A stretch of 64,000 nt of DNA from Vicugna vicugna (Eukaryota), in contig MU058687.1 of assembly GCA_013265495.1 (NCBI GenBank), positions 310,001-374,000 on the forward strand, written 5' to 3'. Position numbers and translations under genes: made by a program. Shown one piece after another: positions 12,255 to 27,049 of the stretch; position 1 is the stretch's first letter, and every line of letters begins with the position of its first letter. The notes beneath the pieces were generated by a model. That model had not been told where the DNA came from. It saw only the letters and a list, made by a program, of their open reading frames with translations, and made no database searches.

Positions 12255-13470
12255 GCTTTTTATTTCATTTTCTTGCCTGTTATCCTGACTAGAACCTCGA
12301 GTAAAGTGTTATACAGAAGTCTCAAGAGCGGACATCCTTGTCTTATTTCTGATCTTGGGGGAAAGCATTCAGTCTTTCACCATTAAGTGTGATGTTAGCT
12401 GTGGGATTTTTCTAGATGCCCTTTATCTTCATTGAGGAGATTTCCTTCTATTCCTGGTTTGTTGATTGTTTTTATCATCAAGGGGTGTTGGATTTTTAAA
12501 ATTGTGGTAAAATACATATAACATAAAATACGCCATTTTAACCATTTTTAAGTGTACAATTAAGGACATTTCACGGTATTGTACAGCCATTACCACTTTC
12601 CATTTCCGAACTTTTTCATCATCTTAAACAGAAACTGTGCCCATTAAGCAGTGAAATCTCCATTAGCCCCTCCCCTCAGAAGGGGTTTTGGATTTTGTAA
12701 AACATTTTTTCTGCTTCTATTGAGATGATTATATAGTTTTTGTTTTTTAATCCATGGATATGATTTATTATATTAATTGATTTTTAGACATTAAACCAAT
12801 CTTGCCCTCTTAGAATAAATCCCACTTGGCCCAGGTGTGTGATTGCTTTGATATGTTGCTAGATTTGGTTTGCTACTATTTTGGGGGGGGATTTTTGCAT
12901 CCATAAGATTGTAAGACCATATTCATTGTTTTCTTGTGATGCATTTGCCTGGTTTTGGTAATACTGCCTCATAGAATGAGTTGGAAAGTGTTCCCTCCTC
13001 TTCTGTTTTTGGAAGAGTTTGTTAAGAATTGATATTAATTCTTCTTTAAAAGATTTGTAGAATTCACCAATGAAGGCATCTGGCCTGGGCTTTTCTTTTG
13101 GGGAAGTTTTAAAATTACTAATTCAATATCTTTATGTGTTACAGGTCTCTTAAGATTGTCTATTTCTTCTTGAGTCAGCTTCAGTAATTTGTGTTTTTCT
13201 AGGAATTTGTGCATTTCATCTAAATTGTATACTTTATTGGCATACAGTTATTCTTAGTATTTCCTTATAATCCTTTCTTATTTCTAAAAGTTTGGTAGTA
13301 GTAATGTCCCTTTTTTCATTCCTGATTTTAATGATTTAAGTCTTATCTATTTTTTTCTTAGTCAGTTTAGCTAAAACTGTCGATTTTGTTAATCTTTCCA
13401 AGGACCAACTTTTGATTTTATTGATTTTCTGTATTGTTTTCTATTGCGTATTTCATTAATTTCTGTTCTT
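12255..13470 (-). mobile_element. L1M ORF2 fragment with a nested L1 3'-end fragment (about 12495-12680)
   Basis: Antisense L1 ORF2 signatures (GGACATCCTTGTCTT, CTCATAGAATGAGTTGGAAAGTGTTCCCTCCTCT, TAGAATTCACCAATGAAG). Confidence 0.85.
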
Positions 13471-14756
13471 CTTTGTACTAGTTTTATAGTACAAAATGAG
13501 TACCTGTGAGTCTTTATTTATTAAAATAAAAAGTTAAGAGAAGATCAGGATGGCTTATTCAGTAAGCTGTGTTGGATCAGTTGACTATATGCTTCTGGGA
13601 AAAGAATTGTATCTTTGGCTCCACCCCTGCACCAGAATAAATTCCAACAGATAATAAAAAGTTAAAGAAAAAAAGAAACTATAAATAATTTTAGAAAAAA
13701 TATGGCTGAACAATTGAATGGTGTTAGGGAATTAAAGACTTTCTAAGAATAACAGCAAACCCAGATAATATGAAGGAACATGATTAATAAATGTGACTAT
13801 TTAAAAAAAATACTGTCTTTTGTAAAACACAATAAAATAGCATGTACAAAATGAAAAAAATAAATGGCAAGCTTAGAAAACCTTAGAATACAAATAACAA
13901 GAGAAAAGATAACGTCTAATATGTGGAAAGCTCCTATACATTAATCTGTGAAAAGTAGAAGTTGGGCAAAGACTACTAATAAGCAATTTATAATCTCTCT
14001 GGATTACTGTTTCTGTATATATTCTTATCGTCTCTTTGGCTTCTAGAGTGTCCTTGTGGAAGATAAATAGAACCCTGTTCTATCTCTCCTTAGGCTGCAC
14101 TTAACAATGGAGACCCAATGGGCAGTACCACTTTCTCCCAGGACAGTTGTAGCCTTGGGAGGGCTCCTCTTCCTTCTGATGCATGATTACAGTTCAGGCT
14201 CTGTCTTCCAGTGAAACCAGTCACACTTGATTACACTTACAGTGGAATGCAACTTGATGACTTCATTCAAAATTCTTCCCAGGGGTAGCATGTTTTTCTT
14301 TATGGGTGAGGGAAATGAGGTGGTGCTTGGTCTGAAACATACTAAATGGGCAAAATTTCAAGTTGACACAGAGGGGTAGGATGGGTCACTGATTTTCCAC
14401 AGACCTGAAGATTCTTCCGCTTTCAGCCAAGGCAAGCTCATTCAAGCCATGGGCCTTATCACTCTAGACGGTGCTGAGCAGATCATCTAAGGAGAATAAT
14501 TATCACAAATTCAGGAGAAAAATGACTGTGAACTATTTAGTATTCAGAATTAATTCTTGATGGTGACTGGTTTGGATTTCTTAAGACTTTTACACTTCAA
14601 TGTGTAAAAACCTAGCTCAGGGTATCTAAGGATTACACATGCCCTAATGAGCACGATATTAAAAATATCACTTAAACCCAGGATAATAAATACAAAGTAA
14701 ATTAAGAGAACAAAATTTATCAAAATAAAGCCAAGATTCAAAGTTAGAAGTGTTTT

Positions 14757-14906
14757 GGGGGGGAGGATATAGCTCAAATGCTAGAGCACATGCCTAGCAT
14801 GCACAAGGTCCTGGGTTCAATCCCCAGTACCTCCTCTAAAAAAAAAATATCAATCAATCAACCAATCAAGTTACCTCCCCCCCTCAAAATTAAAAAAAAA
14901 AAAAGA
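14757..14906 (+). mobile_element. tRNA-derived SINE (Vic-1-like), full length with 18-bp TSD
   Basis: GGGGAGGATATAGCTCAA...GGTTCAATCCCCAGTACCTCC; TSD CAAAGTTAGAAGTGTTTT at 14739-14756 and 14907-14924. Confidence 0.92.
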
Positions 14907-14953
14907 CAAAGTTAGAAGTGTTTTAAAAATCAAACAGAGCAGACAAAAGGAAC

Positions 14954-15177
14954 ACGGTTGATCTTTGAGCAACTTGGGTTTGAACTGCAGGGGTCTACTT
15001 ATATGGGAATTTTTTTCACTAAATACATTATATAATACAATATGATCTGAGGTTTGTTGAATTTGAAGATGCAGAACCACAGGTAGAGAGGGCTGACTCT
15101 TAAGTTATACACAGAATTTACATGGATTTTCGACATAGAGTTGGTATCCCTAACCTGTGTTGTTTGAGTCAGCTGTA
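14954..15177. mobile_element. Tigger2-like (TcMar) non-autonomous DNA transposon
   Basis: Terminus resembles CAGTTGACCCTTGAACAAC..GGGTTTGAACTGC, with degenerate inverted end GTTGTTTGAGTCAGCTG. Confidence 0.7.
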
Positions 15178-15959
15178 GATGAAAACAAGCAAAAAAAAAA
15201 GATATGTTCTTTATAGAATTCTTTAAGTTGGAACAAACTTCCCCATTCAGCAGAATTCCCTCTGAGAGTCTTACAATAAGAGAAATTTATGACCCAAAGA
15301 TTTTAGGAGTGGAGAAATGATGAAACAATGAGATTGTGACATGAATTGGATTCATGGCCTTTATTTCTAAACACCCCTAAGCTCAAAACAACAAAAAATT
15401 TAAAAACCCTTTTTCCTCCAGGGAAGCAAATAGCTCCTCCATTCACTCATTTCTTGCTGGGAAGCATTCAACCTTTCTTGAGCATTTTGTCTCTTCATTC
15501 TCTATATTCTGTCCCTCCATCATCAGATACCGTGGACCCCACTTCCTAAGTACTTTTCAATCCAGTCCATTTCTCAGTTAACTCTGAGGACATCTACCTA
15601 GTCTGAATCACTATTATTTCTCTCCTAATGGGGTATCCTTGTATACACTCTTTGTCCCCGTAATCCATCTTTCACACTGTAGCCAGAGTGATCTTTTTAT
15701 AATAGCAACTAATCATGTCACCTTGCTTAAAATCCTTTAGTGGCTTCCCATTAGTTTTGGGATTAAGATTAACATTCTGGACGTGGTCTAAAGTAGTCTG
15801 GCCTGTTTGCTTGCCCAGCCTCGCTATACTCTGCTTTACCTCTTAACCTTGTACCCTGGCCGCAATAGACCTCTTTCTTTTGTAACAAACCAATGTCCCT
15901 TTTTGCTCAAGCCTTGTATAATTGTGTCTTTTATTTTCTGTGTTTTATAATGCTTTGAT

Positions 15960-16471
15960 ATTTTAGGAGCGGTTGCTAATTCAGGAGAGCTGCCCCTCCT
16001 AGTGCTAGCTGACTTGGAGATAACAAATCTTTTCCTTGGACACACCTTTCATATGTAAACTAATCTACCTAAAGCCCATATTTCCAATCACCTCCTTTAT
16101 CTAACTTTTGCATTCCAGGCAAATATTTCCCTTGCCCTAAACCACGCCAGGGCTAGGTACCAGACAACTAGGAAACACGTCCATAAGCCAGAGCCCACCG
16201 AAATTATTCAATCAATCCAATTCTAAATTTACTCAAGTTTGCCTACTCTGCCTTGCCCATTTCTTTTCCTGGAAACCACAATAAAGGCTCTGGGCCATGC
16301 TCTCCTTTTGCTGCTTTTGCCCCCTGACTAATTTCCCCATGTGGCTCTGTGTCGTATGGTGTACCTTTCCTTTTGGGAACTGTAATAAACTATTCTTTCA
16401 AAGCAGTTGTCTCTGTGTCTGTCCTGTTACCATACTTGATTAAAACAAAGTCCTGGGTACAAATTAAAACA
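15960..16471 (+). mobile_element. MER74-like ERVL solo LTR inserted in an L2 fragment
   Basis: GGTACCAGACAACTAG, ACCACAATAAAGGCTCT, TTGGGAACTGTAATAAAC...TAAAACA end. Confidence 0.65.
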
Positions 16472-18129
16472 AACCTTCATATCTGAAAACTTCCTTTCCC
16501 TTTACTTGTTTTTCCCTAGAAGCCTGCTTTAAAGATTTTTGCTTTGGTAAGTCACCCTGAACCTTCAGACTAGTCCTCTTTGTTCTATTTTCTCAAAACA
16601 GTACCTTGACCTTCAGCATATATCCCAATTGTAATTAATAATTATTTGTATAGTTATTAGATAGTTGTCTTCCATAATAAAAAGTAAACTTATGAAGACA
16701 AAGGTCTTATTTATCCCTGTATCTCCAGTGATTAGCATAAGTGCTTATTAAGTATTTAAGAAACAAAGAAAATCACCTTGGTTGCTTCCACTAGACATTT
16801 TTGTTTTTTAAAGCAACTTCAAAAGGAAAAAAAAAGAATCTGATGAACATTAAGTGACTGAAATTTTAGTATCATTCCAAGCTCACAACTAATTTAATCA
16901 CTATGCATATACTGTATTTTATAAGGTTATATTTAATGTGTATGTATTATTTGGATTTCACATTTGTAACTTCATATGAAAAATTAGTCCAAATACTATT
17001 ATTTTGGTGGTTATATGACATTTTATTGTGTTATACAACATCATTTGCTTATCTATAGGGCATTACTTATTCCTACTTCTCCTATTAACCCTAAGCATCA
17101 GGTTTGGTCTGGCCAGTATTCAGTGGCTGCTGCACTTGCTTTTCAAGAATACATGGGAAGGGCACACAGCAGAAATGTAGTATATTCCCATAGAAGCTTC
17201 TGCCTCAGTTCCCTACGTGGTCTTTTCCCCTGGTAAACTGAACTAGACCATGTGGGGCCCCTTAACCAAGCAGCCAGATCTCTTCCATCTTCCGGACTAC
17301 ACTGTAGGCTTATACACCGTGGCCTTTCATGAGAGAGGAGGCAACAGTGAGCCACAGAAAAGAGACCCTTGATTACTTCACAGGTCTTTAGCCCTAGTCC
17401 TATGGAAGGGTGTGGTGCTATTGTGACATTTTGTCTTTGCAGAATAAAGAGAACATCCATGTGAGGTTATGGGATATGATGTAATGCTTGGTCTGAAGTT
17501 GTGATGAAAAACTGTATAAAAATTGTTTCATTTCTCTTTCGGGTTATTTCTATTGAGGAAGCAGTATTTCTAGGCTGAAGAAATGAGTTATATTATGGTC
17601 TATGTGTTGCTGGTTTGTTCTCGATTAAAAAATGGACACTTTTATAATACCAGTGGTACTTAAGTGTACCTAATTTGCTACAGTCCATTGAAACCATTAA
17701 CACAATATCTTGTATTTTTGCTAGCATAATTTTTGCAATATTACATACATTTCTTTAAGTAATTATTTAAAATGTTTAACAGCTTTATTGAGCTGTAATT
17801 CACATATTGTACAATTCAGACATTTAAAGTGTACAATTCAGTGGTTTTTAGTCTATTCACAAAGTTGTGGAACTATCACCACAGTCTAATTTTGGAACAT
17901 ACTTAAATTTCATTTTAATTTCACTTCTTTACTTGTTAGAGAGGGGATGCATTTTTTTCAGGATAAAAAATAACTGAAAGGAAGAGAGAAATTAAGATAA
18001 ACTTTATATGTTTGGCTAACTGTATGTAACATTACTTATTATATACTTTCTTTTAGTCACTGGGTAAATTAGTAAACTGGCTCAGTATCATCAGTCAGAA
18101 GTATCCTAATCCATGTTTTCTTTTTTTAG

Positions 18130-18429
<300 letters not shown>

Positions 18430-19872
18430 TAAGGTATTTGTTAGAATGTGGAAAACCTTTATTCCTTTTCCACTGTTTGGCTATAACTTTATATGACAGT
18501 TCTTAGCTGCCAAAGAATTATGTTGTTTTCCATATTTACTTCTCATATTTTACATATATAAAATAAAACCTGAGCTATAAGCATAAAAAAAATGTTTTAT
18601 TCTAAGAACTAGAAGGCCCCTTATAGTTGTATGCTTTAAAGTTTCCTGAGAAATTACCACTTGACTTAAGAAATTCATTTGGTTTATGCTTGAAATTCCA
18701 TCTTGTGTCAGAGAAAACAATAGCTATCTCACAAGTGAATGTGAAAATTAAATGCTATGGTAAATGTGACTAAGGCTTTGTAAAAAAGCTTTATAAAATT
18801 TTAGTATTTTTTGTGATTATAAATTCTGAAAAAGATACAAGTGATAGGCAGGGGACATTATGCAGTCATTTGTCAACTTAATGGTACTAGTAAAATATAT
18901 TTAACTAGTAATTGCTTAGCAGGAAGTGAAAAAAACATTCAGCAGTTTCTGGTTTCCCTGTCATTGTGCTGTAGTGGGAAATGGAGCAGTTGGGGAGAGT
19001 TTAGAAATGTTTGAAGAGTAGATATTAGAAATGAGGAAGAGGAAATTCAGAAGGGATGGAAAAATGATATTTGCTATACACAAACTTATCTCACAATGTT
19101 TTTATATTGGCTTTACTAATGAGTAACTATTACCTGCAGGATACATTTCTGTGTAGTGTGCTTTAGACCTTTCTGTGTACTGTAGACTTACCTTTAACCA
19201 CACAGCAGATTTAACTGATAGCCATTTAAAAGTGATGATTACAAACTGCCATTTTCTTTCTTTGTGGCAGTTTAACTACGAATCAAAACAAGGTGGTAAA
19301 TTTTGATTACTTTTGGTGGTTTATTAAATTTTTCCCAAAATTATTCAATTCCTTAAAAATTATTAATTTTTTTCGATTCACCCTAATGTTACAGGTAAGA
19401 AAACAGACACAGAAAATATAAAAGAAGTATAGTAAACTATTGCTTGGGCCTGGTAAACATATAAATATAAAATGCTAAAAAGCTGAGAGAGACCTCATTA
19501 AATTAAACTAGAAGAAATTGTATCACACCTTCCTTACATTTCTATGGAACGTTTTAAGGACAGGAATGAGAACTATTAGAGTTTAAGCTGATTTTTATAT
19601 AGATAAATATTTACTTTGGAATTGCTCAGAGATTTTAAAACCTTTTAACTTCACCTAATGTTTTCCTATTAAATATTTCCTCTCTTTTGATATATTTGGG
19701 GCACTGACAGAGAATAGTGTCTTATGTGGCAAATCTTTTTTAACAGTTTTGGGTTTTTTTTTAATACTATAATGAGAAGTAATATTCATTTGTTTTTACT
19801 TTGTACAATTAAATTATAGAATTTTAACAAGACTCAAGAATGGTTTACTGTTTAGAAACCATATTGGGTTGT

Positions 19873-20274
19873 TTATTAGTCTGCTTGAACTGCCATTACA
19901 AAATACCATAGACTGAAATTTATTATTGCAACAGAAATTTATTTTTTCACAATTCTGGAGGCTAGAAATCTGAGATCTAGGTGCGAGAAAGTTTGGTTTC
20001 TGGTGAAGCCTCTCTTCCTGGCTTGCAGATGGCTACATTCTCACTGTATCTTCACACGGCATCCAGCCTTTCCTCTGTGCACCTGCAGACAAAGATTGAT
20101 CTCTGGTGTCTCTTCCTCTTTTAAGGACACAAGTCCTGTCAGAGTAGGGCCCCACCCTTATGACCTCATTTAATCTTAATTATCTCCTTAAAGGCCCTAT
20201 CTCCAAATACAGTCACACTAAGGGTTAGGTCTTCAATATATGAATTCTGGGGGGACACAATACAGTCCTTAACA
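19873..20274 (-). mobile_element. MLT1A/B-type MaLR solo LTR
   Basis: ACAAAATACCATAGACTG...CCCCACCCTTATGACCTCATTTAA...GGCCCTATCTCCAAATACAGTCACA...TAACA. Confidence 0.85.
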
Positions 20275-20323
20275 GGCTGTGTCTATCCTCTTGACTTAAA
20301 ACAGAACTTTCTAATATTGTTTT

Positions 20324-20473
20324 AATTTTAATTTTTTTTAAGTTAGGTTTTTTTTAGGGGGGAGATACTTAGGTTTATTTATTTATTTACTTTTTAGAGG
20401 AGGTACTGGGAATTGAACCCAGGACCTCATGCATGCTAAGCATGTGCTCTACCACTTTGAGCTATACCCTCCC
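20324..20473 (-). mobile_element. tRNA-derived SINE (Vic-1-like) ending 33 nt upstream of PTGR2 coding exon 4
   Basis: SINE core plus degenerate TSD TCTAATATTGTTTT (20310-20323) / TCTAGTATTATTTT (20477-20490). Confidence 0.88.
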
Positions 20474-20506
20474 TGCTCTAGTATTATTTTTAAAATTTTA
20501 TTTTAG

Positions 20507-20698
<192 letters not shown>

Positions 20699-21423
20699 TG
20701 ACTTTCTGAAAAACTAATCATAATTGAATCTCTGGATATGTGTATGTAATTTAAAATATAATATTGAACAAATTTATAATGTTATTTTACACATCTGGTA
20801 GAAATGATGTTACTATCTGATCAGGTAGTAACAGTATGAAAAATGTTACAGATTTTTGTATTTTGTTCTTTTTTAGCCAAAAATGACATGGTAAATGCTG
20901 GAGCACTGCTCTAATCAATATGTGGAAGAAAATCGTAGAGTACCTGTCTATAATTCCATGAATTTGAAGATTTTTTAAAAAATCTTCAAATAAGGAAGCA
21001 TTTATTAGGTTTTAGAAATACAGTAAACACAGAATTTTATAAAGTACATTATTTTATGAATAACAGCCTTTGTAGTATGAAACCCTTGAAACAAAACATT
21101 TTATCCTAGTAGTAACTTTAGTTCTTCACAGTCCTCAAAAATTGCGAGATAGAGATGTTTTGGGTCTGACTATTCCTTTTATGAAATCAGCTTTGATTGT
21201 GAGATTTTAACATTTAAACTAAGTCTAATTTTTATTCTAATTTAAAGAATGACATTATATCTGTTCTCAATTCTCTTGGTTTCAAATAACTTTTAGCTAA
21301 AAACCCTATAATCTAACCTGAATTGTGATCAGCACTTTCATAGACTTGTATTATCTTGCATATTTTTACATTTAAATTGTGATAATAGAAAGCTGTTTAA
21401 TTTTCAAAAATTTCCCTCCCTAG

Positions 21424-21726
<303 letters not shown>

Positions 21727-22409
21727 TAAAATTGTAGGGTTTGTGAAAAACATGATGGTCAGTATTATAATTAAGTGATACAGAAGAGCTTGCTGAATCT
21801 ACTTCCATTTCTTTGCAGATTTGCACTATGAGCATCAATTTCAGTTCTTCGCTGGCAGTGTTATATTTTCACTTGCAGTTTATTTTTGTGAAAAATTACA
21901 TTTGTATTGTTCAGATGAAGTTGTAACCTCTAACTCACTTCTAACCAACAACCAACTCATGGCTATGGCCCTCTGACTTTGGGTAGGAAAAGGATTTTCA
22001 TAGATTGAAGGTATTTGCGTATTTTAATTGACAGTATTATAATTTATCAACATTAGCTATTAACACTGCATTGCCCTTTACTATATGTAAAATAATTTGC
22101 AACTGAGGTTAAATTATTTAAACCTAAAAAATTTGGATTTTAGAGTTATCATTAATAATAAAAGTAGCAACAATGATGACAGTGACAACTAATGCAGTTC
22201 TTTTGCTGATTACCAAACTCTACCTCTATGTTCCTTTGTAGTAGACTTATTTTCTAGCTAATTGAAACTAATACATATAATGGGTAAGTCTTCAAAGCAA
22301 AATCAATTTGGCACAAAGGATTAAATACCATAGTCAAGGAGGCTTTCATTGAGGCAGCCATAAAATCAGTAAACATAGAAAAGGTATATATCTTAGGGTA
22401 TATTCATAA

Positions 22410-22643
<234 letters not shown>

Positions 22644-22749
22644 TAACTAAAACTTGAAAATGTACATTTTAAGGTGGTTCAGTATTTAGGTTTTGGTTCA
22701 CTAGCTCCCTGGCAGAAAACTTTAAAAAATGCACCTCTACTATCAATCT

Positions 22750-23200
22750 TTTGCAGGTCTTTTTTTGCAAGTGACAGAAACTCAACTTACATTGGCTTAA
22801 GTGCAAAGGAAATTTACTAGCTCATATATTTGAGAAGTTCAATATTAGTACTGACTTAGATTTGGCTGGATAAAAGGTTTGCATAGTGGTGTCACAGATC
22901 AGTTTTTCTTCACCCCTGGGCTGTTCTTTCTTCTGGGTTGGCTGGGCTCCCTTGCAGGCTCTCCTCTTGCAGCAGCAAGAGGATGACTGCTCTCTTTACT
23001 CTTATATTTTACTAGGTTAGCAATCCAAGCAAAAAGAGAACAGCTCCCTTGAAGTTAATTATTAAGTCCCATGGCTGATACTTACTGGCTCAGACTGGCT
23101 TGGCTTTGGTGGTGGGGAAAGGATGCTACCCACAAAGTAAAATCACAGTGTTTTTACCAAATGACATAGATGCTGGGAGACAAAACAATAGAAGTCCACT
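22750..23200. mobile_element. Old MLT1 (J/K-like) LTR
   Basis: TTGCAAGTGACAGAAACTCAACT...GGCTTAAG...GGAAATTTACTAGCTCATAT. Confidence 0.6.
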
Positions 23201-23309
23201 TAAATTAGAAGTGTACATTGTAGCTATACCTAAAGCTATATCTGACCAGACTCTGTGTGTTTAAGTCCTAATGTTTGAAAGATTAACAGATATTAGAGTT
23301 CTGGAATGA

Positions 23310-23528
<219 letters not shown>

Positions 23529-24237
23529 TGAATTTAATATTAAAGTTTCATAATAAAAATTCTTACGGGAGAAAAATGTACTGAATATTACAAATTAACT
23601 TTACCTCCCAGGTGAGTATAACCTCCTAATTGAGAAACCCTCTCTTATTATTCCCTTTATCTAAAATTTGATTAACCTTTACTTTTCTTAGATTATAAGA
23701 TCAATAGGTTTTTGTTTTTCCAAATTATAATATTCGTTAACAAAAATTTGTGGGATGTTACTATGTGTAAGAAGCTGTGCTTTCTCAAAAAACTTATACA
23801 AACCTCCTAGTACCCCTACCTCTCCACTGCCATACATCTTTCCTGCCCTCCCTGGACATTCTTATAGATCTCATGGTTGTGGTTGCAAATCAGGAGTTAC
23901 GAGTCTGGGGGCCGGAGACCCTGACCTAGGATGTTCTTGAAACCTGCAAATGATAGGCAAAGTTGTATGTGTGTGTGCTTATATACTTTGTTTTCTGAAA
24001 GAGGGTGCATAGCATGTGATGTTACCAATTGAATTTTAGACCATGGGAAAGTAGGATTTTATTTTAAAAACAAATTTGTAGGAAACTTTTTTGGGTTACC
24101 TACAGAAAATGAAGAATATCTATTTTTAGACAGAAAGTGCTAAATAGTATTGCTGCCCTTTGCAAAATTGAAAACTATTAAATAATTTGAAACATTGAAG
24201 TCTGAAGAATATGAAATATACTTATTTTAATTTACAG

Positions 24238-24277
24238 ATCAAAGAGACTATGATAAATGGATTGGAAAACATGGGAG
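24238..24277 (+). CDS. PTGR2: PTGR2 coding exon 8 (IKETMINGLENMG)
   Basis: ttacag|ATC...G|gtaaga; 40 nt. Confidence 0.95.
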
Positions 24278-25202
24278 GTAAGATGAATGTCAATTTATTA
24301 TATATGTGAGTTCAGCACAAATATTCTCTTTTTTCTTTTGTTTCTACTTATCTGTTGTTTTTTTCTTTTTAAATCATTTCTTTTTGTAAAAGCATCCTAC
24401 AGGTGTCCATAAATATCTTAACCACATTCCATGACAGTTCAATTTAGTGGTATTTAAGAGGTATTGTTTTCACATTTCAAATCATAAGTGGGTTTTTTTT
24501 GTTTTGTAAACAACTTATGAAAAAAATTAAGAATTATGAAAGTAAAAAAAAAGAATTATGAAAGTCATTTAGCTTCTAGGTAACTTTTTCAGATTGAATG
24601 GTTCTAAGGTATCATGAGATTACATTAAGCAAATTTTTAATATTTAGGGGTTTTTTTCCCCTAACATACACAGGTTTCAGCATTCTCTTGTTGCAAGTTT
24701 CAAATGAACAGGATTAAATCAAACTGATAATTTTTCCTTTTTGAGGAAAAAATTTAATGTTTTGTTAATGTCTACTAAACAGAAATATAAATTTCACTTG
24801 CCTAACAGATATGTATTTCACTTAGTAAAACTTTATGGTTAGATTTTTAATATTTTAAGTTATTTAAAATTTGTTTTTGCTGATTTAGCCTAATTTTTAA
24901 AACCCTTTAGTCCATTTTTCCTTCTCATACTTATTTGCCTCTAGTCTCAGACTCTGTAACAGTGAATGCTGATGTTGACACCAATGAAACATTTCTAGTT
25001 TGGGTAAAAACAAATTTTTAAGATGTTAATTGGGTTGGTTTGTCCTGCAACTTTGCCAGAGTTATACTTGAGGTTTCTTTTCATGACAGTTTCCTTCTGT
25101 AATTAATATTAAAATCATTGAAGAAATTATTTAAATTAATTGTACATGCCTGACTTACTGACAAATGTTTGACAGTGACATTTATGCTTTCAGATAATCT
25201 AG

Positions 25203-25295
<93 letters not shown>

Positions 25296-27049
25296 TCTCC
25301 TCATCAAGGAAATACACAGATTTCTTTCTATTTTGCACAAAGATTTTCAAGATACATTAGTACAGATACCTTTTGATTTAAATGGGCTCATAGGTGATAT
25401 TTTCTTAGTTGCACAAGATAATTCTTTCCTATGTCTTCTTTATCATATATATACTCTACATCTAACATATGATTATTTATAATTATAGAAATAATATTTT
25501 TCTGTCTTTTGCTAAAACTAAAATTACATGATATTTATACCAGGTATTCTGAAACCACTGGAAATTTGATATAGCTGTTTAATGGAGCATACAAAATAAT
25601 TTTTTTAAAATTAGTTACTTTTATTGAAAATAGAATGCATGAGAAGGCACTTAGTAAATATATATTTAACTGGAAATACTTTACATAATTCTTGAACTGA
25701 ACCTTGGTGTAAGAATAGAATTGGGATGGCCTCTCCATATTGTAGATGGAAAGGGGGCTTAATGGCAGAATGTGTGTATAGGGCCTTGGAGGAATTCAGA
25801 GCTTGTGGAAGTTTTTGGGATAGGAGAGCAGAGGCTTTGTGTTGGGAGTAGTATGAAAACTTAAGTAACTGAGGTTGGTTGGGTTGATGAAGGGACTAGA
25901 TTTACTACAGAAGATGATCTATTTGTGTTTTGCCAAGTAGTTCACTGTATAGCCTCAAAACGCAAATATACATTGATAAAACCGTATTTATTTTGTTAGC
26001 AGGCATATACTGTCAAATAGTTATAAAGATTTTGAGGGCAAACAGACATCACTTGGAGTTTTAGGTGAAGAAAAAGATTTAAACAAGTACAGCTTCAGGT
26101 AATGACAGGACTCGGCAAATTAAAAAACAGTTGTAAACAAAAATGTTCAAGATCTACTAATGTACTTCTATATAAAAGAGTTTGTTTTGTTAATTGTAAT
26201 CAACTCTTTAATACAGTATAATTGGGTCTATTTCTCTGAGCGTTGGCTGATTTATGGTTAGCTGTTTACACATTGCAATATACTTTTGTGTAGATTCGAA
26301 CTGTTAGTAGTCAGTCACTACAGTTGACCTCAGTAGCCTTCACTTATTATTTTATATTATTTTTCCTGGACCATTTCATTTTCAGAGAGGGCTTCATCTC
26401 TTGTATGTATGTTGGTAACTTTCAAATCGGTATCTTACTTCTGACCTCTGGAGCTAGGGAGCTTTACTTCCAAGTAAATACCCCGTAGGCACCTGGGATT
26501 GATAAACTCTTTATCTAAAGAGGAATTATCTTCCCCTGAAACGTGTTGCTTGTTTTTTAAATCACCATCCTTTGTGCCCCCTAGTTTCTTCAACCTTGTC
26601 TTTAACCTTGAAAATGCTCTTTTTAGAGAACTCCTTTAATTCCCACTGCCACTATCTTAGTTGAGTCCCTCCCTTTGGCGCCCAGCAAGTGTTCAAAAAT
26701 TAGTAATTTCAAAAAGTCAAAACACATAAAGCTCTAATACGTTGTGGCACCCAGCCTGAATCTCAAGTGCTCTAGCCCGCCCATACACCCTAGAGTATAT
26801 TACATCGTAATATACTGACGGAACCCATACTCAAGATAATTCATATTCCCCAGAAAAGTTCCATCACTGAGCCTCAGTTCTTAATCTGCCCCGTGTGCAG
26901 TGCAGAATTGGATTCTGCAAGTTCCTCTTGGGCAGTGAAGCTTTGAGGTCCTCTTCACTGAGAACTCTGATAAATGTTTAAGTAGTCATCTTTTTCATTC
27001 TCGCTCGCCTCCACTGCAACTTGTACCGATCTCCTCAGCTGAGAGGAAA

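Noticed and set aside
14757..14835. tRNA-like sequence with A and B boxes
   Set aside because: SINE head with A-rich tail and TSD, present in eight copies; not a tRNA gene
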